From a virus (Duplodnaviria; Heunggongvirae; Uroviricota; Caudoviricetes): a stretch of 64,000 bases of DNA. Positions 1 to 8,644 of this stretch are shown here, piece after piece. The stretch lies in IMG/VR virus record IMGVR_UViG_3300008108_000006. One strand, written 5' to 3'. The notes beneath the pieces were generated by a model. It ran no database searches and was not told where the DNA came from. It saw only the letters and a program-made list of their open reading frames with translations. The position numbers were made by a program, and so were the translations under genes. Position 1 is the first letter of the stretch, and each line of letters opens with the position of its first letter.

Positions 1-387
1 TGCAATTAAAACACCCGCATTGGCTTCAATAAAAGAAATATAACCATCTTCGATTTTAATAGTAAGATTTCTTTTTTTAGCCGATTTAATCATATCTTGA
101 GTTGGTTTTATATTAAGGTGTTTTATATGACCTGTATAAAGTGGATTTTTAATTATTAAATATGCTTTGGTTACTCTTCCATCATTTTGTTTAGCATAAT
201 ATGTAGCATCGACTTTGGATGTTGTAAACCATCCACCACCTTTGAATTCTCCACCACTATATGAACCACCATGATACATCACTAATGGATTTCCCTCATC
301 ATCAATGACTTTTGTATCCATAAATGGGAATTCGATGTTCTCAGTTTCCTCCCTCAATACTTTCCTTATATGTTCTTGTAAGTTCAT
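1..387 (-). CDS. Partial (runs off left edge) ART-PolyVal-like ADP-ribosyltransferase-fold protein with MNLQEHIRKVLREE leader
   Basis: Not in ORF track; hand translation MNLQEHIRKVLREETENIEFPFMDTKVIDDEGNPLVMYHGG...GGWFTTSKVDATYYA...AYLIIKNP matches the KVVDxxGNPLVxYHG / GxxFT / YLxIKNP pattern; ATG overlaps stop of upstream ORF (ATGA). Confidence 0.6.
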   Translation of the reverse strand, partial: MNLQEHIRKVLREETENIEFPFMDTKVIDDEGNPLVMYHGGSYSGGEFKGGGWFTTSKVDATYYAKQNDGRVTKAYLIIKNPLYTGHIKHLNIKPTQDMIKSAKKRNLTIKIEDGYISFIEANAGVLIA

Positions 388-1019
388 AATTTAATCTCCA
401 ATCTTTTATAATCTCCAATTGGATATATTGAGTATACCTCATCGGGTTTCTTCTTTACAATGGAAAAATAATATCCCGACCAATTACTTTCATCCTCGGG
501 TCTTGAAAATAATACTTCACCACTACCAATCTTATTTAATTCATCTTTAACTTTCCACCAATCAATTGGAAACCCAACTCCCTTTTTATATAATAATTCA
601 CCCCAAGTATCATAATTTAAAGAAGACCCTATTGAGTTTCTTGATTCCCAATCTCTCTCGGAATGCTTAACAAAAATATACTTATACCCATCGTCATCAA
701 AAACCCCCGCCGAATATACCTTATCAATATACTCCTTAACTTCATCACCATATCGGTCCATTAAATAATCCCCTAACGCATCTATCCAAGCATCAATACG
801 ATCATCCGAATCAAACTCGGTTGGAATTTTTCCCGAAGCAACATCAGTTGTTGATGACACAAGATTATCGTGAAAATTATCATAGTACTTGTGATTGTGC
901 ATAACCTCCGACTTTAATAAATCAAGAAAATCTGTTCCTTTAAGTCTCCTTACCACAAATGCCGGTAACTTTTTGGTTTCCTCCCTTAATATTCTTCTAA
1001 TATTTTCTTGTAAGTTCAT
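384..1019 (-). CDS. Hypothetical protein with MNLQENIRRILREE leader (putative internal virion protein)
   Basis: ORF track 384..1025 starts at TTG; ATG at 1019 lies 5 nt after TATTTAT and begins the shared leader. Confidence 0.7.
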   Translation of the reverse strand: MNLQENIRRILREETKKLPAFVVRRLKGTDFLDLLKSEVMHNHKYYDNFHDNLVSSTTDVASGKIPTEFDSDDRIDAWIDALGDYLMDRYGDEVKEYIDKVYSAGVFDDDGYKYIFVKHSERDWESRNSIGSSLNYDTWGELLYKKGVGFPIDWWKVKDELNKIGSGEVLFSRPEDESNWSGYYFSIVKKKPDEVYSIYPIGDYKRLEIKL

Positions 1020-1036
1020 AATCAATAAATATAAAC

Positions 1037-1792
1037 TTAATTAATCATTTTTTTACCCAATAGATTTTCTCTAAACATTCTTGTTTTCAAATCACGAGTC
1101 CAAGTTTTTTTTTGTTCAAAATTTAATTCGTTATAAATTCCAATCAAAGGTGGTGACATTCCTATCATATCCATAAAAGACAAATCATCCCAAATATCCA
1201 TATATTTGTTATATAATTGTTTAACGTTGTGAATCTGACCCTGAATTTCAACCTTGGTCATATTGACTGAAACATCTTTCAAATTTCTTGTTCCAAGCTC
1301 AGCTTGTTTTCGTAGTCTTTTTGAAAGATGACGGTGATTAAATGTATCATCAATCCAATGTGCTAATTCATGATGAATACTACCTTTAATTTTTTCAGGT
1401 GTAAATTCTTTTAGTATATAGATTCTCTGTTGTTCTTTTGATAATTTTTGAGCAGCAATTTCTATATTTCCGTGACCATAACCCAAAACAAAATTTTTCG
1501 CACTGTCATTTATTGAAATAAAAATTTTTTGAGTACTGGGTTGATATCCATTGAGCCCATTATTAATAATAATATCACAAGGATTCATTTCATTAGCTTT
1601 GATAGCATCTCTTGTTTGTAATATTGAAGTGTCAATAGTATCCCAACTAAACATATCATCTCTAACAATTCCTGTTTGACGAATCTCTTCGATATCTTTT
1701 TTGAAAAACATATCATACAATAACTCAACATCATCATCCACCAATGTTAAAACCTCATTTAATACTTTTCTTATGTGTTCTTTTAAATTCAT
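1037..1792 (-). CDS. Putative zincin-like metallopeptidase with leader
   Basis: HHELAH (HExxH) with downstream E (KVEIQG); leader MNLKEHIRKVLNE. Confidence 0.55.
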   Translation of the reverse strand: MNLKEHIRKVLNEVLTLVDDDVELLYDMFFKKDIEEIRQTGIVRDDMFSWDTIDTSILQTRDAIKANEMNPCDIIINNGLNGYQPSTQKIFISINDSAKNFVLGYGHGNIEIAAQKLSKEQQRIYILKEFTPEKIKGSIHHELAHWIDDTFNHRHLSKRLRKQAELGTRNLKDVSVNMTKVEIQGQIHNVKQLYNKYMDIWDDLSFMDMIGMSPPLIGIYNELNFEQKKTWTRDLKTRMFRENLLGKKMIN

Positions 1793-1816
1793 AATATAAA
1801 TACGATCTTGTTTAAC

Positions 1817-2332
1817 TTAACCCGCACAATCTGCTTGAATCTGTTTATTCCTCCACTGAATCCAATACTCCTGTAACCCCTCTTTTGTTCGTTTCAAATT
1901 ACTAATATCAAACTCATCACCAGGTAATAACACACCACTCAATTCAGATATTCTCCTATTAAGTTCAGGTGTGTGATTCCAACCTCCGACGTGATCAAAA
2001 GATGTATAAGCATCACAATTATTTTGAACATCAATAAACGGAATGGATAACTTATATGTAACATTCCCACTACCCATACCATCAGTTGACATTCTTATAT
2101 TATTCAAATCAACTTTCTTGTATTCACCCTGTCTGTAAAGTTCTTTAAGTTTATCACCAACCTTACCCGACATTGTATTTGAAAATTTATGTGCAATGTC
2201 ACCCATCTCATTAAATTCAGGTCCAATATACGTTCCATTACAACCATATTCAGTACAAGATATGTTGGATGTTTGTTCTGAGATTAAACCCATCATCTCT
2301 TTAATTCTTTCTATGTTTTCTTGTAGTTTCAT
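1817..2332 (-). CDS. Hypothetical protein with MKLQENIERIKEMMGLISE leader
   Basis: ORF track; leader nearly identical to that of 4210..4995. Confidence 0.7.
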   Translation of the reverse strand: MKLQENIERIKEMMGLISEQTSNISCTEYGCNGTYIGPEFNEMGDIAHKFSNTMSGKVGDKLKELYRQGEYKKVDLNNIRMSTDGMGSGNVTYKLSIPFIDVQNNCDAYTSFDHVGGWNHTPELNRRISELSGVLLPGDEFDISNLKRTKEGLQEYWIQWRNKQIQADCAG

Positions 2333-2335
2333 AAT

Positions 2336-4195
2336 TTATCTAATTAACATTTTCTTTAATAATCTTCTTATGTGTTCATATATACCGTACACACTACCTT
2401 CTGTTCCAAAGACACTATTTGGAAATAAATCACCTAACATCTTATACTTATACGCTGCGTAAAACGCTGAAGGACTTTTTCGTCTAAAAGCTACTATGTT
2501 ATTATTATATTTAGCAGCCTCATCTTTAAGTGTATCCTTATTCCACTTAGGATCTATCGGTCTTTCGGGGAATAATAACATAGGATCTATACGGTGAAAC
2601 AATGCAGCTTTATAATGTAACGGACTACCCGCACTAAATTCAAATGGATAATCATATTTAGCCGCTTCTCTTTCAATTTCACCAGGTGTCATATATGGAA
2701 TTTTCATTGGAAATAAATCATCTATCATTCCTCGAGTACGTGCCGCATCATAAGCACGACGAGAACCTTTTTTAAATTCATTTCTTGAATTATATTTACT
2801 AGCTTCTTGTTTAATTTCATCAGGTGTTACTCTTTTAACAGTACTTGGAAATAAATCGTTTAATATTTTATAATTATATGCCGCTTCATGAGCACGACGA
2901 TTACCTTTTTGAAATTCACTTCTTGAATTATATTTACTAGCTTCTTGTCTAATCAAATCTTCAGTCCATTTTGTAAGTTTTCTTCCTTCAGGAAATAAAT
3001 CATCTAACATTCCTCGTTTATATGCAACATTATAAACCGTAGGATTACCTCGTTTAAATTCTGCTTTTGAATTATATTTACTAGCCTCTTGTCTAATCAT
3101 ATCTTCAGTCCAGTTTGTAAATTTTCTTCCTTCAGGAAATAAATCATCTAACATTCCTCGAGTACGCGCTGTTTGATACGCCGAAGGACTACCTCGTTTA
3201 AATTCTACTTTTGAATTATATTTACTAGCTTCTTGTTTAATCAAATCTTCAGTCCATTTTATATATTTTACTTCTGGAAATAGATCATTCATCATACCAT
3301 ACCTTAGTCCTGCATGATACGCCAAAGGATTACCTTTTTGAAATTCACTTCTTGAATTATATTTACTAGCTTCTTGTTTAATCAAATCTTCAGTCCATTT
3401 TGTAAGTTTTCTTCCTTCAGGAAATAAATCATCTATCATTTCACGTCTAAGCGCCGCATCGTATGCCCCAGTACTACCTCGTTTAAATTCTGCTTTTGAA
3501 TTATATTTACTAGCTTCTTGTTTAATCAAATCTTCAGTCCATTTTGTAAGTTTTCTTTCTTCAGGAAATAAATCATCTATCATTCCTCGATTATACGCTG
3601 ATTTATACGCCAAACGATTACCTTTCAGAAATTCACTTCTTAAATTATATTTACTAGCTTCTCGTCTGATCATATCATCAGTCCATTTTGTAAGTTTTTT
3701 TCCTTCAGGAAATAAATCATCTAACATTCCTCGATTATATGCAATTGTATACGCCGAAGGACTACCTTTTTGAAATTCTTTTTTTAAATTATATTTACTA
3801 GCTTCTCGTCTGATCATATCATCAGTCCATTTTGTAAGTTTTCTTCCTTCAGGAAATAAATCATCCAACATTCCACGTCTATATGCCGCACCAAATGCCG
3901 CAATATCACCTTTTTCAAATTCTTTTTTTAAATTATACTTACTCGCCACTTGTCTGATCAAATCTTCAGTCCATTTTGTATGTTTTTTTCCTTCAGGAAA
4001 TAAATCATCTAACATTCCACGTTTATATGCGGTTTGATATGCCGAAGAACTACCTTTCTGAAATTCTACTTTTGAATTATATTTACTAGCTTCTTTTTTA
4101 ATTTCATCCTCAGTCCATTTTAATGGTCCGACATCTTCTAACAAAATACCTTCTGTTAAAACCCTTAATTGTAATTCTGTTAATCTTAATCTCAT
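2336..4195 (-). CDS. Tandem-repeat protein, 12 copies of ~48-aa KWTEDxIxxEASKY...GMLDDLFP helical repeat; no nuclease domain
   Basis: Repeats read directly from translation (10 well conserved, 2 degenerate at C-terminus); leader MRLRLTELQLRVLTEG. Confidence 0.85.
   Translation of the reverse strand: MRLRLTELQLRVLTEGILLEDVGPLKWTEDEIKKEASKYNSKVEFQKGSSSAYQTAYKRGMLDDLFPEGKKHTKWTEDLIRQVASKYNLKKEFEKGDIAAFGAAYRRGMLDDLFPEGRKLTKWTDDMIRREASKYNLKKEFQKGSPSAYTIAYNRGMLDDLFPEGKKLTKWTDDMIRREASKYNLRSEFLKGNRLAYKSAYNRGMIDDLFPEERKLTKWTEDLIKQEASKYNSKAEFKRGSTGAYDAALRREMIDDLFPEGRKLTKWTEDLIKQEASKYNSRSEFQKGNPLAYHAGLRYGMMNDLFPEVKYIKWTEDLIKQEASKYNSKVEFKRGSPSAYQTARTRGMLDDLFPEGRKFTNWTEDMIRQEASKYNSKAEFKRGNPTVYNVAYKRGMLDDLFPEGRKLTKWTEDLIRQEASKYNSRSEFQKGNRRAHEAAYNYKILNDLFPSTVKRVTPDEIKQEASKYNSRNEFKKGSRRAYDAARTRGMIDDLFPMKIPYMTPGEIEREAAKYDYPFEFSAGSPLHYKAALFHRIDPMLLFPERPIDPKWNKDTLKDEAAKYNNNIVAFRRKSPSAFYAAYKYKMLGDLFPNSVFGTEGSVYGIYEHIRRLLKKMLIR
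2430..4120 (-). repeat. Coding tandem repeat array, ~144-bp unit
   Basis: Recurrent blocks such as aggaaataaatcatctaacattcc and gaattatatttactagcttc at ~144-bp spacing; boundaries approximate. Confidence 0.9.
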
Positions 4196-4209
4196 AATTA
4201 ATAAATATA

Positions 4210-4995
4210 TTAATTATTAGGTCTTGATGCTTTATATCCTTTCGAATTCAAATAATCAATCAATTCATCCACCATACTTTTATCTTCTTCTTGAAAGGCG
4301 TGTCTAGATGGACTAACAATAATACCATTATTATTTATAATCGTGAAATTTGATAAACCAAACTTCTGTACTAATTTGGATAATCTTTTCCCTAATTGCT
4401 CACGAGTTAAATTATATTTCTTATAAACTTCGGAATCATCTGAAATTATAATATCAGGAACCACTTTACTCAAAGTCTTTCCTTTTTCGATAAACTCTTG
4501 AGATGCAACTTCCTTTTGACCATAATCAGGATTTTCACTCACACTTAACGACTCATCACTTTCAAGAACATTCATAGCCTTATCAACTAAACTATTATCC
4601 ACTTTAACGAAATATTGTATCACACCAAATGGAAATGGTACATAATACATACCAACCGAACAATCTATGTTGGCACGTTTTAACATTAAACCAATTTTCT
4701 TTAAGATATTATTAGTGTTATTCAAATTCGATTTTGAATGATAAAGCAATATCTGAGACGCTATCTTGTGTTCAAATGAGTTTGGTTCCACTATGTCAAT
4801 CTCAGAAGGTCTATTGAATTGAAAACTACTATCCTCACCACCTGATTGTATGTGTTTAGTGTATTCCCCCATTTTTTTCCTGTCCTCATATGATAATTCC
4901 TCACCCCGATTCATCTTGTCCAAAATGTCGTCGATGTTTTCGGTAATGAGCCCCATAACCTCTTTAATTCTTTGTATGTTTTCTTGTAGGTTCAT
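4210..4995 (-). CDS. Hypothetical protein with MNLQENIQRIKEVMGLITE leader
   Basis: ORF track; shared leader. Confidence 0.7.
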   Translation of the reverse strand: MNLQENIQRIKEVMGLITENIDDILDKMNRGEELSYEDRKKMGEYTKHIQSGGEDSSFQFNRPSEIDIVEPNSFEHKIASQILLYHSKSNLNNTNNILKKIGLMLKRANIDCSVGMYYVPFPFGVIQYFVKVDNSLVDKAMNVLESDESLSVSENPDYGQKEVASQEFIEKGKTLSKVVPDIIISDDSEVYKKYNLTREQLGKRLSKLVQKFGLSNFTIINNNGIIVSPSRHAFQEEDKSMVDELIDYLNSKGYKASRPNN

Positions 4996-5085
4996 AATAT
5001 TATAATATAATCTTCACTCTTTTATAATCTTTAATTTGATATATTGAATTTGTCACCTTGGGAACCATCATATCTGTTCTTGTCA

Positions 5086-6219
5086 CTATAAATTAGTTTC
5101 ATCAACAACTCTTACTATCGCTGGACCATATTGGTCGTTATACATATCAAACGATTTTGAACTTCTGTTTGGATGTCCTACAGGCAGTCCTCTTGTACCA
5201 AAGTGGGATTCTTTATGACCAAATTCTTTATCCATATCATAGAAATTATCAAAATAATAATCGTTGTAAACTTTGTCATCAAAATAACTATCTTTTACAA
5301 CTCTACCATAATCATCTGACCATAAATTTGGTATCCCTTGAAATCCGTAAAAAACTTTATATCTCCCATTTTCATCACCATCATACGAAGATGTTTCTTC
5401 CCTTAATATTCTTATTATAGATTCTTCAATATTATCCTTATTTTTTTTAGGAAATAAATCATCTAACATCCCTCGATTTTTAGCAGGTTGATACGCCGAA
5501 GAACTACCTTTCTGAAATTCACCTCTTGAAGCATATTTGCTAGCTTCTTGTCTGATTTTATCTTCAGTCCATTTTAATTTTCTTTCAGGAAATAAATCAT
5601 CTAACATTCCACGTTTGCGTGCCGCACTATATGCCAAATAACTACCTTTCTGAAATTCTCCTCTGTATTTGTACTTACTAGCTTCTCGTCTAACTTCATC
5701 ATCTGTCCATTTTAATTTTCTTTCACCAAATAAATCATCTAACATTTTATTTCTATATGCGAACCCGTATGCCGATTGACTACCCATTTGAAATTCTCCT
5801 CTTGAATTATATTTACTAGCTTCTTGTCTGACTTCATCTTCGGTCCATCGCTTATGTCCTCTATCACCATAATTCTCAAAATTCAAATCTTGCAAAATCC
5901 CAATTTTTGACGCAGCTTGATAAGCTTCAAAATTACCTTTTTTAAATTCACTTTTTGACTTATATTTACCCGCCTCTTGTTTAATCAAATCTTCAGTCCA
6001 TTTTGATGCTTTCCTTTCAGGAAATAAATCTTTCAACATTTTACGGTTATACGCCGCACCATACGCTGAAAGACTCCCTTTTTGAAAATCTCCTCTGTAT
6101 TTGTACTTACTAGCTTCTCGTCTGATTTCATCTTCAGTCCATTTTAATGGTCTAGCATCTTCTAACAAAATACCTTCTGTTAAAATCCTTAATTGTATCT
6201 CTGTTAATCTTAATCTCAT
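5086..6219 (-). CDS. Paralogous repeat protein (5 repeats) fused to an internal leader copy and an unrelated C-terminal domain
   Basis: N-terminus nearly identical to 2336..4195; 5 KWTED repeats; internal IEESIIRILREE. Confidence 0.85.
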   Translation of the reverse strand: MRLRLTEIQLRILTEGILLEDARPLKWTEDEIRREASKYKYRGDFQKGSLSAYGAAYNRKMLKDLFPERKASKWTEDLIKQEAGKYKSKSEFKKGNFEAYQAASKIGILQDLNFENYGDRGHKRWTEDEVRQEASKYNSRGEFQMGSQSAYGFAYRNKMLDDLFGERKLKWTDDEVRREASKYKYRGEFQKGSYLAYSAARKRGMLDDLFPERKLKWTEDKIRQEASKYASRGEFQKGSSSAYQPAKNRGMLDDLFPKKNKDNIEESIIRILREETSSYDGDENGRYKVFYGFQGIPNLWSDDYGRVVKDSYFDDKVYNDYYFDNFYDMDKEFGHKESHFGTRGLPVGHPNRSSKSFDMYNDQYGPAIVRVVDETNL

Positions 6220-6812
6220 AACTCTCTTTTAATTAAATTATAATAGAATTCACTAATCCTATCAGGTGTTGTAATGTTGTTCGCTCTTAATTGTGTTCTT
6301 ATTTGATTAATAAAACCAACCAACTGAATAAGTTGTACATTTTTATACATTTGAGGACTCTTGAAGTGTGGTTTAATTAAACCCATCTTCTGAAGTTCCC
6401 TAATCTTTCTTGATCCAAAATCATCCGCAACGTTCTCACTATACTTCATAAACTTGGCAGCATCCATAACCGATACCTCCTCATTATAAAAATCATACAT
6501 AGTTTTCTCACCATACTTCTTATATTGATATTGATGTGCTATCTCATGAAAGATAACAAACAACGCCATCTCCAAACTAGTATTTAATACCGACTTATTA
6601 ATTAACACCCCATTATGTAATGCCGCCCCAAGTGCTTGATACTTAAAATCCGCAAACTCTATTTTCTGACAACCCGACTTCTCAATGAAATCAACCAAAA
6701 AATCTGTAACCTCATCCGACATATTATATGTGGATCTTAATTTATCAATAAAAGGACCCAAATTGGTGGTTTCCTCTCTTAATATTCTTCTTATGGTTTC
6801 TTGTAAGTTCAT
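6216..6812 (-). CDS. Putative zincin-like metallopeptidase with leader
   Basis: IFHEIAHQ (HExxH) and downstream ENVADDFG; leader MNLQETIRRILREE. Confidence 0.6.
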   Translation of the reverse strand: MNLQETIRRILREETTNLGPFIDKLRSTYNMSDEVTDFLVDFIEKSGCQKIEFADFKYQALGAALHNGVLINKSVLNTSLEMALFVIFHEIAHQYQYKKYGEKTMYDFYNEEVSVMDAAKFMKYSENVADDFGSRKIRELQKMGLIKPHFKSPQMYKNVQLIQLVGFINQIRTQLRANNITTPDRISEFYYNLIKREL

Positions 6813-6821
6813 ATATCGATA

Positions 6822-7736
6822 TTATTTTTTTAAATCGTTTTTATTTAGGGTTGAAATAAGTCTATGAAAATCTTCCCACATTTCCACTTGTTCTTCCGTA
6901 TATTCATCCCAAGGTTCTCCAGTAAATCTTTCATAAAAGTTTTCGGCGTTTTTATTAAAATTATTATCAAAAATAAAATAACCAATATAATTTCCCTCTA
7001 CAGGTTTTTTATATCTTACTTCTTGTATATATTCAAAATCATCTACCCTAACGTGGGATAAATCTTTATTTGGTTTTTCGTTAATGGAATATAAATATAT
7101 TTTATTATTACCTGTTAATGAACCATAATGATTTAACATACTCCAAACACCCAATAAAGCACCACCAATAGTTTTTGAAGCAGATATTTCTGGTGTTGTA
7201 CTTCTTGCAATAATATCATCTGTGTGAAACTCAGGGTTACCATCATCATTTAATATTCTTCTTATTGATTCATAAACATTAGTCTTCTTCGGTGTATTAT
7301 CATTCCCACATTTGTGACAAACATATGGATCTTCACCACCATCAGATAGATACCAAAACCATCCACAATCCTCACAAACAACTGCCGACTCACCCTCTAT
7401 CGCATAATACCTATCACGTATCTGATCATAGTAATGTTCACTGAAAAAATTATATAAATCATCCCACATTTCGGTAAATAATTCACTGTTATAATATTCC
7501 TCATCTGAAAAGAAAGTATCCACCATATATGAAACAACCATTTTATTGAATTTATATTCATCCATAAAATTCCACTTGTCCTTATTCTTTGCAAACTTCT
7601 TGGACGCATCTGTTAACGCTTCCTTAAATATTTCATCAATCTTCTTAAAGTCTAACCTTCTCAAAAGATGCTTTGGGATTTCAGATTCTTTTAATAATCT
7701 TCTAATCGTTTGTTTAATATTTTCTTGTAAGTCCAT
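6822..7736 (-). CDS. Multidomain protein: leader, helical domain, CxxC-CxxC zinc ribbon, second leader copy, possible ART-like domain
   Basis: CEDC...CHKC; internal VYESIRRILND; C-terminal PEISASKTIGG...QEVRY. Confidence 0.55.
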   Translation of the reverse strand: MDLQENIKQTIRRLLKESEIPKHLLRRLDFKKIDEIFKEALTDASKKFAKNKDKWNFMDEYKFNKMVVSYMVDTFFSDEEYYNSELFTEMWDDLYNFFSEHYYDQIRDRYYAIEGESAVVCEDCGWFWYLSDGGEDPYVCHKCGNDNTPKKTNVYESIRRILNDDGNPEFHTDDIIARSTTPEISASKTIGGALLGVWSMLNHYGSLTGNNKIYLYSINEKPNKDLSHVRVDDFEYIQEVRYKKPVEGNYIGYFIFDNNFNKNAENFYERFTGEPWDEYTEEQVEMWEDFHRLISTLNKNDLKK

Positions 7737-7751
7737 AAACTATAAATATAC

Positions 7752-7780
7752 AAAAAATGGAGATGTTTTCACATCCCCAT
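7752..7780 (-). terminator. Intrinsic terminator
   Basis: Minus strand ATGGGGATGT-GAAA-ACATCTCCAT followed by U tract. Confidence 0.8.
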
Positions 7781-7822
7781 CTAATTAAAAATTAAAAATT
7801 ATTATGAAAAAAAACAAATTTC

Positions 7823-8191
7823 CTAACTCATAACATATAAAGAAGAACCTTTACTATGGATCAATTCAAACTTATGGTCATCAACATTCCAACCGTTTAA
7901 GACCCAATTGGGTTGTACCCTCGGATTATACTTAACACGAACATTACTAAGTTCAATATCTGGATCAACAAGAACCTGAACATCCTCACATAAAACCCAA
8001 GCACAAACCGACTTGTGTTGCCCATTAAAGATCTTCTCCGCTGTTGATTTTTGATTTTTCAACTGACAACCTTTCATAATCAATTGAACAACTTTCGGAT
8101 CAAAATACTTAACCTCCGTTGGATAAGTAATTTTCCATTTCATATAGTTCTTACCTTGACTAAGATTAAACCTAACTTTGATCCGTTTCAT
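7823..8191 (-). CDS. Hypothetical phage protein
   Basis: ORF track 7823..8215; ATG at 8191 (MKRIKVRF) lies downstream of the promoter at 8218-8248. Confidence 0.7.
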   Translation of the reverse strand: MKRIKVRFNLSQGKNYMKWKITYPTEVKYFDPKVVQLIMKGCQLKNQKSTAEKIFNGQHKSVCAWVLCEDVQVLVDPDIELSNVRVKYNPRVQPNWVLNGWNVDDHKFELIHSKGSSLYVMS

Positions 8192-8248
8192 AATCTTGTT
8201 ATTTTTCTTTAACAATACAAAGATACTAGAAAAATTCTAACCTACAAA
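8189..8248 (-). repeat. ~60-bp promoter/start cassette, copy 1
   Basis: Identical to 8991-9049 except for one T in a T run. Confidence 0.9.
8218..8248 (-). promoter_or_regulatory. Bacteroidota-type housekeeping promoter TTTG-N19-TATCTTTG
   Basis: Exact -33/-7 consensus and spacing. Confidence 0.8.
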
Positions 8249-8309
8249 TTTTTTTTGAAATTGTTGTATATGAGATAAAAACCTTCTTTAATAAACTAGT
8301 TATAACCAA

Positions 8310-8552
8310 TTAAACAGTCTTACCCATTTTATTTCGTTCATACCATACCCACAGACTATCTCTCCAAGGTGTGTCATTCATGCCCCATTTTTGAGCATCA
8401 ATTCTCATATCTTCTGGTAATTCCCAAAATAATTGTTCCATTTCTTCTTGGTTTAAATTTACTTTACCATTATCCCAAGTTACATCCAATATAACATCGT
8501 GGAAATGTGCCCAATCATTTTTGTCAAAGTTGTAATCTTCTATTTTATTCAT
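8310..8552 (-). CDS. Hypothetical protein
   Basis: ORF track; on the dominant strand, fills gap. Confidence 0.65.
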   Translation of the reverse strand: MNKIEDYNFDKNDWAHFHDVILDVTWDNGKVNLNQEEMEQLFWELPEDMRIDAQKWGMNDTPWRDSLWVWYERNKMGKTV

Positions 8553-8575
8553 AATAATTAACTGGTTATAACAAA

Positions 8576-8644
8576 GTATATGTGAAATACCTCATAAGGT
8601 TTCTACTAATTATTTAGGTTTGTCGTCAGGTACTTCACATATAC
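8576..8644 (-). ncRNA. Intergenic stem-loop with hammerhead-like core (candidate)
   Basis: 17-bp inverted repeat (one G-U pair on minus strand) enclosing CTGACGA...GAAA-CCT-TATG-AGG-TA. Confidence 0.3.

Noticed and set aside
2430-6144. CRISPR array or DGR template/variable repeats
   Set aside because: Repeats are in-frame coding units of ~144 bp without unique spacers; differences are not adenine-specific, and no reverse transcriptase or cas gene is present
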